Positions 9,030 through 20,058 are shown, counted from the stretch's first letter. The stretch is 64,000 bases of DNA from Candidatus Parvarchaeota archaeon (GCA_017608505.1 JAFCFT010000002.1:15299-79298), one strand, 5' to 3'. Numbers and translations are program-made. Notes: generated from the sequence alone by a model not told the origin.

Positions 9030-11201
9030 TTATTGATTAGGACCTAGGCCTTTGCGTTCCCTAATTTTTCTGACAACTTCATCCTGCAGTTCTCTTGGCA
9101 CAGGCTCAAATTTGCTGTCAACCAAGAACCATACGCCACGCCCTTCAGTGGCACTGCGCAAATCGCTTGTGAATCCAAATGCGTTTGCTACAGGAATTTT
9201 AGCAATTACTGTGACGCTTTCCATTTCTTGATTCATTTCTATTAGCTGGCCCCTTCTTGATTGTATTAGTTTGCTTATGGCGCCAGTATATTCTATTGGA
9301 GCGTCAATGCGCCTTATTTGCACTGGCTCAAGCAAAGACGCGTCTGCTGACTTAAAGCATTCTCTTATTCCTTGACGCACTGCAGGAAGCACTTGCGCAG
9401 GACCTCTATGAATTGCATCTTCGTGCAACTTCATGTCTATTATCCTGACTATTATGCCTTCGCAAGGCTCTCTTGCAAGCATTCCAGCATCCATTACCTG
9501 CTTGAATCCTTGGATTAGCATGCCTATGACTTCGTTGATTTGAACAATACCTGTTGACATGTCAAACAGCATATTGCGCTTGTAAATGCTTCTAAGTCTC
9601 TTTGCTTCATCCCTTGGTATGCCTAGCTCTATTATGCGTTCAATTAGTTCTTTGTCTTTTTTCCTGATTTCACCATCTTTTATTTCGCCTTTAACAAGCA
9701 AGTCATACCATTCTTTTGGCATTGGCTCAACTTCAAAATAAAATTTGTTGTGCTTGTTTGGACTTTTTCCTTCGCAACGCAGAGAATGCTTGTTTACAGT
9801 TTCCCTGTAAACTACTATTGGCGGGCTTGTGACTATTGGTATGCCTCTGTCGCGCTCTATTTTGTGTTCAATTATTTCTAAGTGAAGCTCTCCAAGCCCT
9901 GATATTAAGTGTTCGCCTGTTTCTTCATTAATTTCAGTCTTCATTGTTGGGTCCTCTTTTTCAATTTCTTTAAGCACTTGTATTAATTTAACGAGGTCTT
10001 TTGGGTCTTTAGCTTCAATAGATTTTGTCACTACCGGCTCAAATATGTGTTTAATGGACTCAAACGGCGTTATTTTTTCGAGGCTTACAGTTTCCCCAGA
10101 TGTTGCGCCTTTAAGACCTATTACGCCAGCAGTGTTTCCTGCAGGCACTTCTTCAATATTATGCCTTTTGTCAAGAATCATTACAAACACTTGCTGGTTT
10201 CTTGCGCTTGTCTTTGCATTATTAAGCCATACTTGTTCGCCATGCTTTAATTTTCCTGAGAAAACCCTGCCAAAACTAATTTCCCCAGCTTGAGGGTCTA
10301 CAAATATTTTAGTGACGCAAAAAACCAAAGGGCCGTTTGGGTCGCAATTCATAAGCGCTTTGCCTATTTCAGAATTAATGTCTCCAGGCCATATTATGGG
10401 AATTCTTAATTTCTGCGCTTCTAGTGGGTTTGGCAAGTGCTTTGCAACCATGTCAAGCACAACTTCATGCACTGGTGCTTTTTTGCTAAGCTCTTTTACA
10501 GCTTCAGGGTCATCTTTTGAGTACGCGTCAAGTATGTCTTTAAATGTAAGATTTTTTTCTTTCATGACAGGGAAGCTTAGCGCCCACTTGTCAACTGCTG
10601 TGCCAAAAGCAACTGTCCCGTTTTGCACAGAAACTGTCCAGTCATCTTTTAGGTCTTTTGGAGCATTTGCCCTTATGATTTTATTAACTTGATTAATTAT
10701 TTTGATAAATCTCTCCTGCATTGATTCAGGAGTTAATTTTAATTCTTTAATGAGTCTGTCTACTTTGTTGATAAAGAGTATTGGCTTTACACGCTCTTTT
10801 AGGGCCTGCTTTAACACTGTTTCAGTTTGCGGCATTGCGCCTTCAACAGCGCATACAACTACAAGCGCGCCGTCAACTGCTCTCAGTGCTCTTGTGACTT
10901 CGCCTCCAAAGTCTACGTGTCCTGGGGTGTCAATTAAGTTTATTAAATAATCATTATCGCCTACTTTATGGACCATTGAAACGCCAGTTGACTGTATTGT
11001 AATTCCTCTTTGCTGTTCTTCTTCTAATGTGTCTGTTTTTCTTACAGTGCCTGCTTTTTCCATTGAAAGCATTCCAGCGCCAGCAAGCAAGCTGTCAGAA
11101 AGAGTGCTTTTTCCGTGGTCAATATGCGCAATGATGCCGATGTTCCTAATGAACTCTGGCTTGTGATGCAATTCCTTTATTCTCTCTTCAACTTTAGCCA
11201 T
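9030..11201 (-). CDS. fusA: Translation elongation factor 2 (aEF-2)
   Basis: 'AHIDHGKSTL' and 'DTPGHVDF' motifs, 723 aa, and a C-terminal 'DAIHRGPAQVLPA' diphthamide-loop region. Confidence 0.95.
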   Translation of the reverse strand: MAKVEERIKELHHKPEFIRNIGIIAHIDHGKSTLSDSLLAGAGMLSMEKAGTVRKTDTLEEEQQRGITIQSTGVSMVHKVGDNDYLINLIDTPGHVDFGGEVTRALRAVDGALVVVCAVEGAMPQTETVLKQALKERVKPILFINKVDRLIKELKLTPESMQERFIKIINQVNKIIRANAPKDLKDDWTVSVQNGTVAFGTAVDKWALSFPVMKEKNLTFKDILDAYSKDDPEAVKELSKKAPVHEVVLDMVAKHLPNPLEAQKLRIPIIWPGDINSEIGKALMNCDPNGPLVFCVTKIFVDPQAGEISFGRVFSGKLKHGEQVWLNNAKTSARNQQVFVMILDKRHNIEEVPAGNTAGVIGLKGATSGETVSLEKITPFESIKHIFEPVVTKSIEAKDPKDLVKLIQVLKEIEKEDPTMKTEINEETGEHLISGLGELHLEIIEHKIERDRGIPIVTSPPIVVYRETVNKHSLRCEGKSPNKHNKFYFEVEPMPKEWYDLLVKGEIKDGEIRKKDKELIERIIELGIPRDEAKRLRSIYKRNMLFDMSTGIVQINEVIGMLIQGFKQVMDAGMLAREPCEGIIVRIIDMKLHEDAIHRGPAQVLPAVRQGIRECFKSADASLLEPVQIRRIDAPIEYTGAISKLIQSRRGQLIEMNQEMESVTVIAKIPVANAFGFTSDLRSATEGRGVWFLVDSKFEPVPRELQDEVVRKIRERKGLGPNQ

Positions 11202-11236
11202 AGAAAAAACGAACTAAAAAGGCTTTTTAAAGTTTT

Positions 11237-11923
11237 CTACCTGCTTGCAGCTGCCTGCCTTTCAGCTTCTATTCTTTTTGCAACTGAGAAGCTTCTTGGG
11301 TCTTCTTTAGATGCAGCAATTATTTCTTCTGCAAGCGCGTCCCATATGTGTTTTTTGGACTTCTTAGACTGGTTTTTTGCCCCTTGACAAATCCAGCGCA
11401 GCGCTAAGTCAATTCTTCTTTGAGGGCTTGTTTCAATTGCTTTTGGATGCCTGATTCCTCCGTATTGCACTGTTGTGACTTCTTCGCAAGGAGCTGCATT
11501 TTCAACTGCGCGCACAACAACTTGGATAGGGTTTTGTTTAGTTTTTTCTTCTATTAATTCTAAAGTTTTTCTAACAATTTTTAAAAGGGTTATTCCTTGC
11601 CCTAGTTGCTTTCCTGTGCACCAGGTCTGCTTTTTTCCTTTGTGGCCAGAAACAGGGACGTGATTCATTAAGCGTTCAATAATATGATATTTTGACTTGT
11701 GGAATTTTTGAGTTGCATGACGGCCAAAAGTTTTAGGAATGTAAACCGGCTTTAAATTAATATAATCTTTTAGTCCTGGGTCGCGAAGTTCTATGTTTTT
11801 GCTTGACCATTTTCCAAACAAAAGAATGTCAGGCAGTTCAACAATTTCAGGCGCTTTTTCTCCTTTTTTAACTATTCTTTTTTCAATTTCTTTTGCTTTT
11901 TCCAGCAATTCTTTTTTTACCAT
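11237..11923 (-). CDS. rps7: 30S ribosomal protein S7 (uS7)
   Basis: 'LLFGKW', 'NPIQVVVRAVENAAPCEEVT' and 'AKRIEAERQAAA' fit the S7 family. It sits in the str-operon position. Confidence 0.9.
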   Translation of the reverse strand: MVKKELLEKAKEIEKRIVKKGEKAPEIVELPDILLFGKWSSKNIELRDPGLKDYINLKPVYIPKTFGRHATQKFHKSKYHIIERLMNHVPVSGHKGKKQTWCTGKQLGQGITLLKIVRKTLELIEEKTKQNPIQVVVRAVENAAPCEEVTTVQYGGIRHPKAIETSPQRRIDLALRWICQGAKNQSKKSKKHIWDALAEEIIAASKEDPRSFSVAKRIEAERQAAASR

Positions 11924-11928
11924 GTTAT

Positions 11929-12363
11929 TTACCTCTCAGGCTTTTCTTTTCTTCCGCGCACAATTTCTTTTAATGAGACTCCATTTACTTTAACTACTTT
12001 AAATTTGACGCCAGGAATGTCCCCTTTACTGCCTCCTCTTGGGCCCCCAAGCCTTTCAATTTCCACTGTGTTGTGCTCATCAATGTATTTAATTGCGCCT
12101 TCTCCAGGCACAAACGCAGTAACGCTTTTGCCGTTTTTAATTAATTGGACGACGCAACATTTTCTTAAAGCTGAGTGAGGCTGCTTGCAAGGAACATTTC
12201 TTTTTGACAAAACAATTCCTTTTGCCCTTGGACTTCCTTCTAAAGGGTCGTACTTGTGCTGTATTCCTAATTTTTTTGCTTTTCCGCCTTTGTATCTGTA
12301 CTTAAAAGTCTTGCGCCTTAAAAGCAACTTTCTGCCTGCAAACAAACCAGTTGGTTTCTTCAT
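11929..12363 (-). CDS. rps12: 30S ribosomal protein S12 (uS12)
   Basis: '[69 protein letters not shown]'. Confidence 0.9.
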   Translation of the reverse strand: MKKPTGLFAGRKLLLRRKTFKYRYKGGKAKKLGIQHKYDPLEGSPRAKGIVLSKRNVPCKQPHSALRKCCVVQLIKNGKSVTAFVPGEGAIKYIDEHNTVEIERLGGPRGGSKGDIPGVKFKVVKVNGVSLKEIVRGRKEKPER

Positions 12364-12397
12364 GGATTATTGTGTATGAGAAATCCATTTTTAAAGC

Positions 12398-12829
12398 TTA
12401 CGATAAAATTATATCATCAATATCAAAGTATTTTCTAATTAAGTGCTTTGCCTTTTTCAGCTTAACTTTAATTGGGACTCCATTATTTTTCACTCTTTCA
12501 AAACTTATTCTAATAATTTTCTTGGAATTGCTTTTTTCGCTTATGTACGCATTGCTTATTTTAAGAGGCCTGAATACATTGTTTAAGAATGCTAAAGGGT
12601 CGGGATTAAATTCTACAATTTCCACTTTTTTATTAAGAATGTTTTGCAAGTTCTTGATATTCACTCCATTTTTGCCAATCGCCATAGCTGCTTGGCCTTC
12701 TTTTACAACAAATATGATCTTGTTGTCATTAATTATGACATCTTTTACTACAACACCTACTAATGACTCAAATAATCCTATGTATCTTATGCTGTCTGTA
12801 TCTAATTTGATTGACTTTGTTACAGTCAT
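12398..12829 (-). CDS. nusA: Archaeal NusA homolog (two KH domains)
   Basis: About 143 aa with KH motifs 'IGKNGVNIKNL'. It is in the conserved L30e-nusA-S12 position. Confidence 0.8.
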   Translation of the reverse strand: MTVTKSIKLDTDSIRYIGLFESLVGVVVKDVIINDNKIIFVVKEGQAAMAIGKNGVNIKNLQNILNKKVEIVEFNPDPLAFLNNVFRPLKISNAYISEKSNSKKIIRISFERVKNNGVPIKVKLKKAKHLIRKYFDIDDIILS

Positions 12830-13104
12830 CTTTTCTTAACCCCACTTTCAGATTCCTTTTTAATTCCTATTACACTGATTGCATACGGTTTTTTGCACAA
12901 TATGCCTTGCTCTTTTGACGTAAGTTCGCTTAATTCAACTGGCGTTTTAATGCTTAACAGTTTTAATTCTTCAAATGCTTTTTGATTATTTTTGCTTACA
13001 ATCACTTTTGCTAGCTCTCCTTTTAGCAAAGCCTTCTTAACGCTTTCTACGCCTTTTATTAAAATGCCTTTTTTCAATGCCTTTTCAATTTCACTTTTTG
13101 TCAT
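12826..13104 (-). CDS. rpl30e: 50S ribosomal protein L30e
   Basis: 92 aa, 'ALKKGILIKGVESVKKALLKGELAKVIVSKN'. It overlaps nusA by 4 nt. Confidence 0.85.
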   Translation of the reverse strand: MTKSEIEKALKKGILIKGVESVKKALLKGELAKVIVSKNNQKAFEELKLLSIKTPVELSELTSKEQGILCKKPYAISVIGIKKESESGVKKR

Positions 13105-14170
13105 GTTTTACCACTAATTTTAGCATTCCTGTGCCAATTGGTGCTGGCTGATTTATCATTACATTTTCAACAACGCTTGTTAAGTCATCAATTTCTCTGT
13201 GGGCTGCAGCATTAAATAAATGCTTTAGTGCAGTTTCAAAAGAAGCTCTTGCTAAAACTGACTTTTTGCCTTTTGTTATGCCGTATCTAGTGACTCCTTT
13301 AAGCGTGCCGTCAGCAGTCATTGCGTCAGCAACAAGCATTAGATGCCTTATGTCAACTGACAAGCCTTGCTCTCTAAGCGTCATTGATGCTTCTCTAATT
13401 ATTGCATTGCGGGCAGCTTCTATTCCAAATGTTTTCTGAATTTCATACAAGTCATTTGTAATTGTTCTTGTGGGGTCAACTTCTGGTATTTTAAGAACGT
13501 CTTTTAAGTTTGATCCAGCTGTTTTTATAATCCATTCATTGCCTTTTTTAACTGGAAGAACTTGTTCTATCTTAGGAACTCCTTGAATATAAATGTCTTT
13601 TACTTTGACTCTAAGTTTGTATAATTTTTTTATGTCAGCTTCAGGAGATTTTACATTAATTACATTTCCTTCATAAGTTACTTTTTCTTTTTTAATTTTC
13701 TTTTTAATCATTTCAGAAACTTCTTTTGTAGTTATCATGTATTTTTCCAATAACTTTTTATCAAGATATATTTTAACAGTTTTGTTAAGCAAGTCAATAT
13801 TAGTTCTATCTATTACGTCTTCTACAGTTAATTCAAGAATTTTTGTTGCAATTTCTCTTACTTTCTTTTCGTCGCCTGCGAACTTTTCTTTTAAATATAT
13901 TGTCATGCTTGGAGTGGAAGGGATTTTTCTTGCATCAAATATCTCAATAAGTCTTGGAAGACCTCTTGCAACATTAATTTCAGCAACGCCTGCAAATTTG
14001 TGGGTCCTAAGTATCATCTGCGTTCCTGGCTCTCCAAGGCTTTGTCCTGCAACCACTCCTACAGCTTCTCCTGGTTCTGCAAGAGAGTTTGCATAGGACT
14101 CTAAAAGCTTTTGTTTGCCTTTTTCATCAAGAGTATCATACTTTTCCTGAAGTTTTTTTGGCAGATTCAC
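13091..14170 (-). CDS. rpoA2: DNA-directed RNA polymerase subunit A'' (Rpo1C)
   Basis: 'AEPGEAVGVVAGQSLGEPGTQM' is the conserved region of the largest-subunit C-terminal part. 359 aa. Confidence 0.9.
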   Translation of the reverse strand: MNLPKKLQEKYDTLDEKGKQKLLESYANSLAEPGEAVGVVAGQSLGEPGTQMILRTHKFAGVAEINVARGLPRLIEIFDARKIPSTPSMTIYLKEKFAGDEKKVREIATKILELTVEDVIDRTNIDLLNKTVKIYLDKKLLEKYMITTKEVSEMIKKKIKKEKVTYEGNVINVKSPEADIKKLYKLRVKVKDIYIQGVPKIEQVLPVKKGNEWIIKTAGSNLKDVLKIPEVDPTRTITNDLYEIQKTFGIEAARNAIIREASMTLREQGLSVDIRHLMLVADAMTADGTLKGVTRYGITKGKKSVLARASFETALKHLFNAAAHREIDDLTSVVENVMINQPAPIGTGMLKLVVKHDKK

Positions 14171-16761
14171 ATTACTTCACCACCGCGCGTTTTTGAAACG
14201 TCCACGCCATCTTCTCCGTACTTGAACTGAATTATTATGTTGTTGCTGTCTCTTACAGTCCCGTCATATTCTACTTTTATGTCTTGAAGCGCATTAATAA
14301 GTCTTCTTTGCAAGTAACCGCTTTTTGGGGTTCTCATTGACGTGTCCATAAGAGAGTCTCTTCCTGCTATGGCATGGAAAAAGAATTCATGAGGCGTAAG
14401 GCCTGCTTTGTAGCCGTGTCTTATGAAACCGTGAGGTCCAGCGCTTAAGTCGTCTTTGTTAAAGTGAGGAAGGGTCCTTCTATTATATCCTTTAACAATT
14501 CTTGAGCCTCTAAGAGATGTTTGGCCTACAAGGGCTGAAATCATTGTAAGATTAAGCAATTTTCCCCTTGCTCCGCTTTCTGCCATGATTGTTGTTCCAG
14601 AAGGTTTTGACATTTCTTCAACAATATGGCTTGACTTGTTGCGCGCCTTGTTTAATGTGGCAAGTATTTTAAATTCAAGGGTTTCTCTTAATGTTTTTCC
14701 AGGATATGCTTCCATTTTACCCATCATGTAATCTTTTATTAATTCTTCTACTTTATCTTCTGCTTTATTAAGAAGTCTTTTTATTTTCTTTACTGCTTCT
14801 TCAGGCAGGTCGCTGTCAGTCGGCGAGACTGTGATGCCTCTGTCCTGCAAGAAATTTATGAACAGCAATGTTGCTTTGTTTAAAAATTCTATTGCCTTGT
14901 GTTTTCCATATTGCTTAATTATTTTATGAAGCAAGAGCCCCACTCCTGAACCAACGCTGTTTTTGTCTATGATGCCTGCTTTTAACTCTCCATTTTTCAC
15001 GTAAACATAAGCATCATACTCGCAATTTGCTTTCTTGCACTCTTTGCATTTCTTGCATGCTCCGCTTTTGCATTCAAAATTAAAGTCTTTTGGCAAAAGC
15101 AGGCTGAATATTTCTTTTCCAGTAAATTCTTTTTTATCAGGAAGCTCTGCCACTATATTTGATCTTGCGAGCAAATCCATAGTTTCATTTCTTGACAATT
15201 TCGTGCTTTTTTGCGTCAGGATGTATGCTCCTGCAATGTGATCATTAATGCATCCTATTATTGGAAGCCCGTATCTTGGAGTTATTATGTTATTTGCAAC
15301 TTCAACAAGTATTTTTGCTTCTGCGCGCGCTTCCTCTGTTTGAGGTATGTGAAGATTCATTTCGTCGCCGTCAAAGTCTGCATTGTACGGCGGGCACACG
15401 CACAAATTAAGCCTAAATGTTTTTCCAGGAAGTATTTTTACTTTGTGAACCATCATGCTCATTCTGTGAAGGCTTGGCTGCCTGTTAAACAAGGCAGGGT
15501 CTCCATTTAGGAGATGACGTTCAACAATGTAACCCTCTTGAAGCTCTTCTAATATTGCATCTTTTGTTTCGTCAGATATCTTTTTCCTTTTGCCTTCAGG
15601 AGTTATAATATAGTTTGCTCCAGGATACTTTTTAGGGCCGTTTTTTATTAATTTTTTAAGCCATTTGATGTTCCACTCAGTCACGCGTTCTGGCATAGTT
15701 AAATCCATTGCCATTACAAGAGGGACGCCGACTTCATCAACAGCAATATTTGGATCAGGGCTTATCACTGTACGCGCGCTAAAGTCTACTCTTTTTCCTG
15801 CCAAGTGCTTTCTAAATCTTCCTTCTTTGCCTTTAATTCTTTCTGCAAGGGTTTTTAAAGGCCTTCCACTCCTGTGCCTTGCAGGAGGAAGCTGGGATAT
15901 GTTGTTTACAAAAAGTGTTGTAACATGATATTGGAGCAAGTCCCACAAGTCTTCTATTATTAATTCTGGCGCTCCTGCATTTAAGTTTTCATACAGCCTC
16001 TGATTAGCTCTAATTATGTCTCCTAACTTGTGCGTTAAGTCATCCTCGCTTCTTGTTCCTGACTCAAGCGTAATAGAAGGCCTGACTGTTATTGGAGGCA
16101 CTGGAAGCAATGTCAATACAAGCCATTCCGGTCTTCCTGCCAGAGGGTCGAATCCAAGAAGTATTAAGTCCTCATCAATTACTCTTTCAAGCCTCTCGCG
16201 CACGTCCACTGGCGTCAACTTGGTCTTTCCTTGATAGAAAAAGTAGGGTTTTTTGAGTATTATTTTTTCTTGTTCTGCACCGCAATGAGGGCATTTTTTA
16301 ATGTTTTTTATGTTTTTCTCTATATCTGCAGCAATTTTCCACGCTTCAAGCCCTCCTTTTTGAGCCTTAATTGTTTTTATTTTCTCTTCGTAAGCCTTTA
16401 ATTTTTCAGGCGTGGCAAGTATTCTCGAACATTTGTTGCATGTGCTTCTTAATATCATGTATATCCAGTGAACATACTTTATGTGTATGACTGGCCTTGC
16501 AAGTTCTATGTATCCAAAGTGTCCTGGGCACTCTTTTACTCGCTCTCCGCAAGTTCTGCATCTCATTCCAGGATCAATGACTCCCATTCTTAGATCCATA
16601 AGCCCGTTGTCAACAGGGAATCCATCAGCATCATATAAATCCGGGTTAGTTATTTTAACTACGCTCATTTTCTTTATCATTTTAGGGCTCAGTATCCTAA
16701 ATTCAATCTTGCCTATTTTTTCGCTTATTACGTCCATTTTGACATCAACTCTTTGGTTCAA
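14167..16761 (-). CDS. rpoA1: DNA-directed RNA polymerase subunit A' (Rpo1N)
   Basis: 864 aa with zinc-binding N-terminus 'CRTCGERVKECPGHFGYIELA' and the 'NADFDGDEMNLH' catalytic motif. Confidence 0.95.
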   Translation of the reverse strand: MNQRVDVKMDVISEKIGKIEFRILSPKMIKKMSVVKITNPDLYDADGFPVDNGLMDLRMGVIDPGMRCRTCGERVKECPGHFGYIELARPVIHIKYVHWIYMILRSTCNKCSRILATPEKLKAYEEKIKTIKAQKGGLEAWKIAADIEKNIKNIKKCPHCGAEQEKIILKKPYFFYQGKTKLTPVDVRERLERVIDEDLILLGFDPLAGRPEWLVLTLLPVPPITVRPSITLESGTRSEDDLTHKLGDIIRANQRLYENLNAGAPELIIEDLWDLLQYHVTTLFVNNISQLPPARHRSGRPLKTLAERIKGKEGRFRKHLAGKRVDFSARTVISPDPNIAVDEVGVPLVMAMDLTMPERVTEWNIKWLKKLIKNGPKKYPGANYIITPEGKRKKISDETKDAILEELQEGYIVERHLLNGDPALFNRQPSLHRMSMMVHKVKILPGKTFRLNLCVCPPYNADFDGDEMNLHIPQTEEARAEAKILVEVANNIITPRYGLPIIGCINDHIAGAYILTQKSTKLSRNETMDLLARSNIVAELPDKKEFTGKEIFSLLLPKDFNFECKSGACKKCKECKKANCEYDAYVYVKNGELKAGIIDKNSVGSGVGLLLHKIIKQYGKHKAIEFLNKATLLFINFLQDRGITVSPTDSDLPEEAVKKIKRLLNKAEDKVEELIKDYMMGKMEAYPGKTLRETLEFKILATLNKARNKSSHIVEEMSKPSGTTIMAESGARGKLLNLTMISALVGQTSLRGSRIVKGYNRRTLPHFNKDDLSAGPHGFIRHGYKAGLTPHEFFFHAIAGRDSLMDTSMRTPKSGYLQRRLINALQDIKVEYDGTVRDSNNIIIQFKYGEDGVDVSKTRGGEVM

Positions 16762-18547
16762 TATGCAGTTTTGGATATATGACGAGTGACTTTAACTCGT
16801 CCAACAGCAATTTGAAAGCATAACTCATTTCAATAAGAGTTATCTCGCTTCCTTCGCCGCATACAGGGCAAAGCCCTTTGTTTTTAAATTTGTTAAATAT
16901 TGCAATCATTCCGCACTTCTTGCATACAGGCATTACTGACTTGTCGCTGTCAAATCTTTCTTTTAAAAACAATGTAGCGCCGTGGCCTATAAGGCAGTCG
17001 CGCTCCATTTCTCCAAGTCTCAATCCTCCTTCTTTTGCCCTTCCTTCTGTAGGCTGTCTTGTAAGAAGTGCGAGAGGGCCTCTTGACCTTGACTGGATTT
17101 TTGAAGCAACCATGTACTTTAATTTCATGTAAAACATGTCTCCAATCATTATCCTGACTTTGTATTGCCTGCCTGTTCTTCCGTCATACATAGTTTCAGT
17201 CCCATTATCTTTAAAGCCTAATTTTAACAATTCTTTTCTTAAGTCCATTTCATTTTCATTGTCAAAAGTAGTGCCGTCTATGCATGTGCCTCTAAGCGCT
17301 GCCACTTTGCCTGCAAGACATTCTATTATCTGCGAGAACGTCATTCTTGGCGGCACGCTAAAAGGACTAAATATTATGTCAGGTATTATTCCTGAGGCAG
17401 TAAAGGGCATTGACTCTTGAGGCACTATCATGCCTATAACGCCTTTTTGCCCATACCTTGATGAGAATTTGTCTCCTATCTCAGGTATTCTTTGGTCTCT
17501 TATTTTGACTTTTACCATTTTGTTGCCTTCCTGAGATTCTGTTATCATGACAGTGTCAACAATTCCTTTTTCTTGCAATTTAATTGTTGTTGAAGTTTCG
17601 CGTCTTGCTTCAATTCCAACTTTAAATTCTTCAAGACCTGCAAGGAATCTTGGAGGGCTTGTTTTTCCGACTAAAACGTCTCCTGACTCAACTTCAGCTT
17701 CTGGATAAATTATGCCGTCATCTTCTAAATGAACATAAGCATCTTCAGTCCTATATCCTTTGACTTCTTTTTCAGGGATGCATATTAAATCTTTTATTCC
17801 TCCTGCATACTTTAGCTCCTCGCTTTTGTAAGGCCTAAAGTATGTGCTTCTAAACAAGCCTCTTTCAATGCTTGACTTGTTTATCACAATCGCGTCTTCA
17901 ATATTGTATCCGTCCCAAGTCATAATAGCAACAACTACGTTTGTGCCTATTGGATGAATATCATAATTCATTAAATCCCACATTATTGTGCCAACAAGCG
18001 GTTTTTGAACATAATGAAGTATATTGCTGTCAGTGTCATCTCTAATTAAATAATTGCTTGCGTAAATTCCAAGACCTTGCTTTAAAAGCTTGGCGCCATA
18101 AATTACCCTTGGCGCAGTATTGTGTTCTGCGTAAGGGACCATTGCTGCTTGGTTCCCAAAAATGCACAAAGGGCTTATTTCCAAGTGCGTGTGCGCTTCT
18201 GTAAGTTCGCTTTCATTCATTGCTATTTTTGCATCCTCTTCCTCGCTTGCATCCAAGTATTCTATGACTCCTTCTTTGACTAAGTCATTCCAAGATATCT
18301 CCCCATTTTTTAATTTCTTTATGTGCTCTTTTGTTAATTTTGGAATTCCTTTTTCAACAATTATTAACGGCCTTCTTGCCCTTCCTTTTTCAGTTGTAAT
18401 CTCAATGTTGTCAAGCTCTTCATCATACATTATATTCATTAAGTTTGTAATTTTTCCTTCCCTTCTTTCTTTTTTAATGTGTTTTATGAACCTTGCAGGA
18501 TTCTTAACAGTCCCTATGAATGTGCCATTAAAAAACACATCAGTCAT
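16745..18547 (-). CDS. rpoB1: DNA-directed RNA polymerase subunit B' (Rpo2C, C-terminal half of B)
   Basis: 600 aa with 'GQKGV', 'GEMERDCLIGHGA' and a C-terminal zinc ribbon 'CKKCG...CPVCG'. Confidence 0.9.
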   Translation of the reverse strand: MTDVFFNGTFIGTVKNPARFIKHIKKERREGKITNLMNIMYDEELDNIEITTEKGRARRPLIIVEKGIPKLTKEHIKKLKNGEISWNDLVKEGVIEYLDASEEEDAKIAMNESELTEAHTHLEISPLCIFGNQAAMVPYAEHNTAPRVIYGAKLLKQGLGIYASNYLIRDDTDSNILHYVQKPLVGTIMWDLMNYDIHPIGTNVVVAIMTWDGYNIEDAIVINKSSIERGLFRSTYFRPYKSEELKYAGGIKDLICIPEKEVKGYRTEDAYVHLEDDGIIYPEAEVESGDVLVGKTSPPRFLAGLEEFKVGIEARRETSTTIKLQEKGIVDTVMITESQEGNKMVKVKIRDQRIPEIGDKFSSRYGQKGVIGMIVPQESMPFTASGIIPDIIFSPFSVPPRMTFSQIIECLAGKVAALRGTCIDGTTFDNENEMDLRKELLKLGFKDNGTETMYDGRTGRQYKVRIMIGDMFYMKLKYMVASKIQSRSRGPLALLTRQPTEGRAKEGGLRLGEMERDCLIGHGATLFLKERFDSDKSVMPVCKKCGMIAIFNKFKNKGLCPVCGEGSEITLIEMSYAFKLLLDELKSLVIYPKLHIEPKS

Positions 18548-20058
18548 TTTTTATCAACCCCTATTTGTTCTAGTCCGCTATTTTTAAGCGCTTCTACAAT
18601 CTTTTCATTTTCTTCTTTAGGCACATTAGTGCTTATTTCGCAAGTTATCCCTAAATACTTTCTAAGACCTACTGGAGGTCCTTCTGGAGTTTCGTAAGCG
18701 CACAATTTTCCCCAATGCGTAGGATGTATGTCGCGCGCTTCAAAGTTTTCTCTTGATGATGTTAAACTTGAGACAACTCTTTTTAAGTGGCTTACAGTGT
18801 CAACAAAATTGCATCTTGATAAGTGCTGGCTTACTCCGTGCCTTCCGCCGACCCATTCTCCTGTAGCCAAATTGCTTTTAATTCTTGATGACAATAATTG
18901 GCTTCTTGTTATTGCCTGAAGACTTGGAAGCTTTCCTCTTTTTACAAGCCTTTCAAAATTATATTTCATGTCACCAACAAGTATTCTAAATGAAAATCTG
19001 AATAAGCTTTCCATTAAATCTCCGCACAGCCTCAGCCTTTTATTCATGTAATGGTCTTTGTCATCCTCTTTTATTATATTGTATGACAACTGAAGCAGTT
19101 TCCTAATGCATTTTGCCAGATAATAAGCTTTCAGCATTCTTGAAGACTCGTCGTGCCCTATGTGAGGGAACAAGAACTTGTCAATCATTGTCAATGCTTT
19201 GTTAATCATCTTCTCTTCTGTCTGCGTTGCGCCTAATTTCTTTCCAAGCGCTATCAATGCCTGCTTTTGGTTTTTTATTTCGGCAACTTTGTACAAATTA
19301 ATGTATATGTCGCTCATCATTCTTTCATTTGGCTGTATTGCAGAAACTATTTCTTTGTCATTGTCAAGACCTAGCGCCTTAAGCAAGAGCATTGCAGGCG
19401 CTTTATTGACTCTTGTGAACGTGACATTTATTAATCCTGCCCTGCTTTTTTGTATCAAGTGGGGAATCCTTAATTGATCATCTTCTGAAAATATTTTTAC
19501 AATATAAGGGTAAGGTCCTATTTTTTGCTCTTCTACAAAAATCCTGTTTGGCGCCAAGTCCTCTATTATTACAACAACCCTTTCTGTTCCATTTATTATG
19601 AAGTAGCCTCCTGGGTCCATAGGGTCTTCTCCATTATTAATTAGCTCTTCCCTGCTTAAGCCCTTTAAGTAGCACGGATCTGACTTTACCATTATCGGCA
19701 TATTTCCTATATGTATTACTTTTTTCTCGCCTTCTACGCCGTCTTTCTTGTAAAACATTTCAAGCATTATTGGGGCTTCATACGTTAAATCTCTAAGTCT
19801 TGCTTCTATTGGCAATATTGGCCTTTTTGTGCCGTCTGCTTCTCTTATAAGCGGCTTTTCAACCCACACCTTTCCAAATACTATCTCAAAATCTGAAACA
19901 TTTGGAGGAAGGATGTCTGGCGTTAACTTTCCAACTTCATCAACCACGACCTGCATTCTTTCATTTATAAATTTATTAAAAGACTCTATATTAAATTCTA
20001 CAATACTCTTCTCCCTAAAGTACGCTCTTAACAAATCTTTATGATTAATCAACCACAA
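18544..20058 (-). CDS. rpoB2: DNA-directed RNA polymerase subunit B'' (Rpo2N, N-terminal half of B)
   Basis: 504 aa, 'PIEARLRDLTYEAPI'. The ORF-track start is TTG at 20058; a start at the next TTG (20052) with the upstream 'GGAGGTG' Shine-Dalgarno-like run is equally possible. Confidence 0.9.
   Translation of the reverse strand: MWLINHKDLLRAYFREKSIVEFNIESFNKFINERMQVVVDEVGKLTPDILPPNVSDFEIVFGKVWVEKPLIREADGTKRPILPIEARLRDLTYEAPIMLEMFYKKDGVEGEKKVIHIGNMPIMVKSDPCYLKGLSREELINNGEDPMDPGGYFIINGTERVVVIIEDLAPNRIFVEEQKIGPYPYIVKIFSEDDQLRIPHLIQKSRAGLINVTFTRVNKAPAMLLLKALGLDNDKEIVSAIQPNERMMSDIYINLYKVAEIKNQKQALIALGKKLGATQTEEKMINKALTMIDKFLFPHIGHDESSRMLKAYYLAKCIRKLLQLSYNIIKEDDKDHYMNKRLRLCGDLMESLFRFSFRILVGDMKYNFERLVKRGKLPSLQAITRSQLLSSRIKSNLATGEWVGGRHGVSQHLSRCNFVDTVSHLKRVVSSLTSSRENFEARDIHPTHWGKLCAYETPEGPPVGLRKYLGITCEISTNVPKEENEKIVEALKNSGLEQIGVDKK

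Noticed and set aside
9030-11201. The EF-2 diphthamide loop reads HRGPAQVLPAVRQ rather than the eukaryotic HRGGGQIIPTARR; I considered this as evidence for loss of diphthamide modification.
   Set aside because: The modified His is present, and HRGPAQ-type loops are, as far as I recall, the normal archaeal form. Without a search for dph genes across the genome, no conclusion about diphthamide loss is justified.
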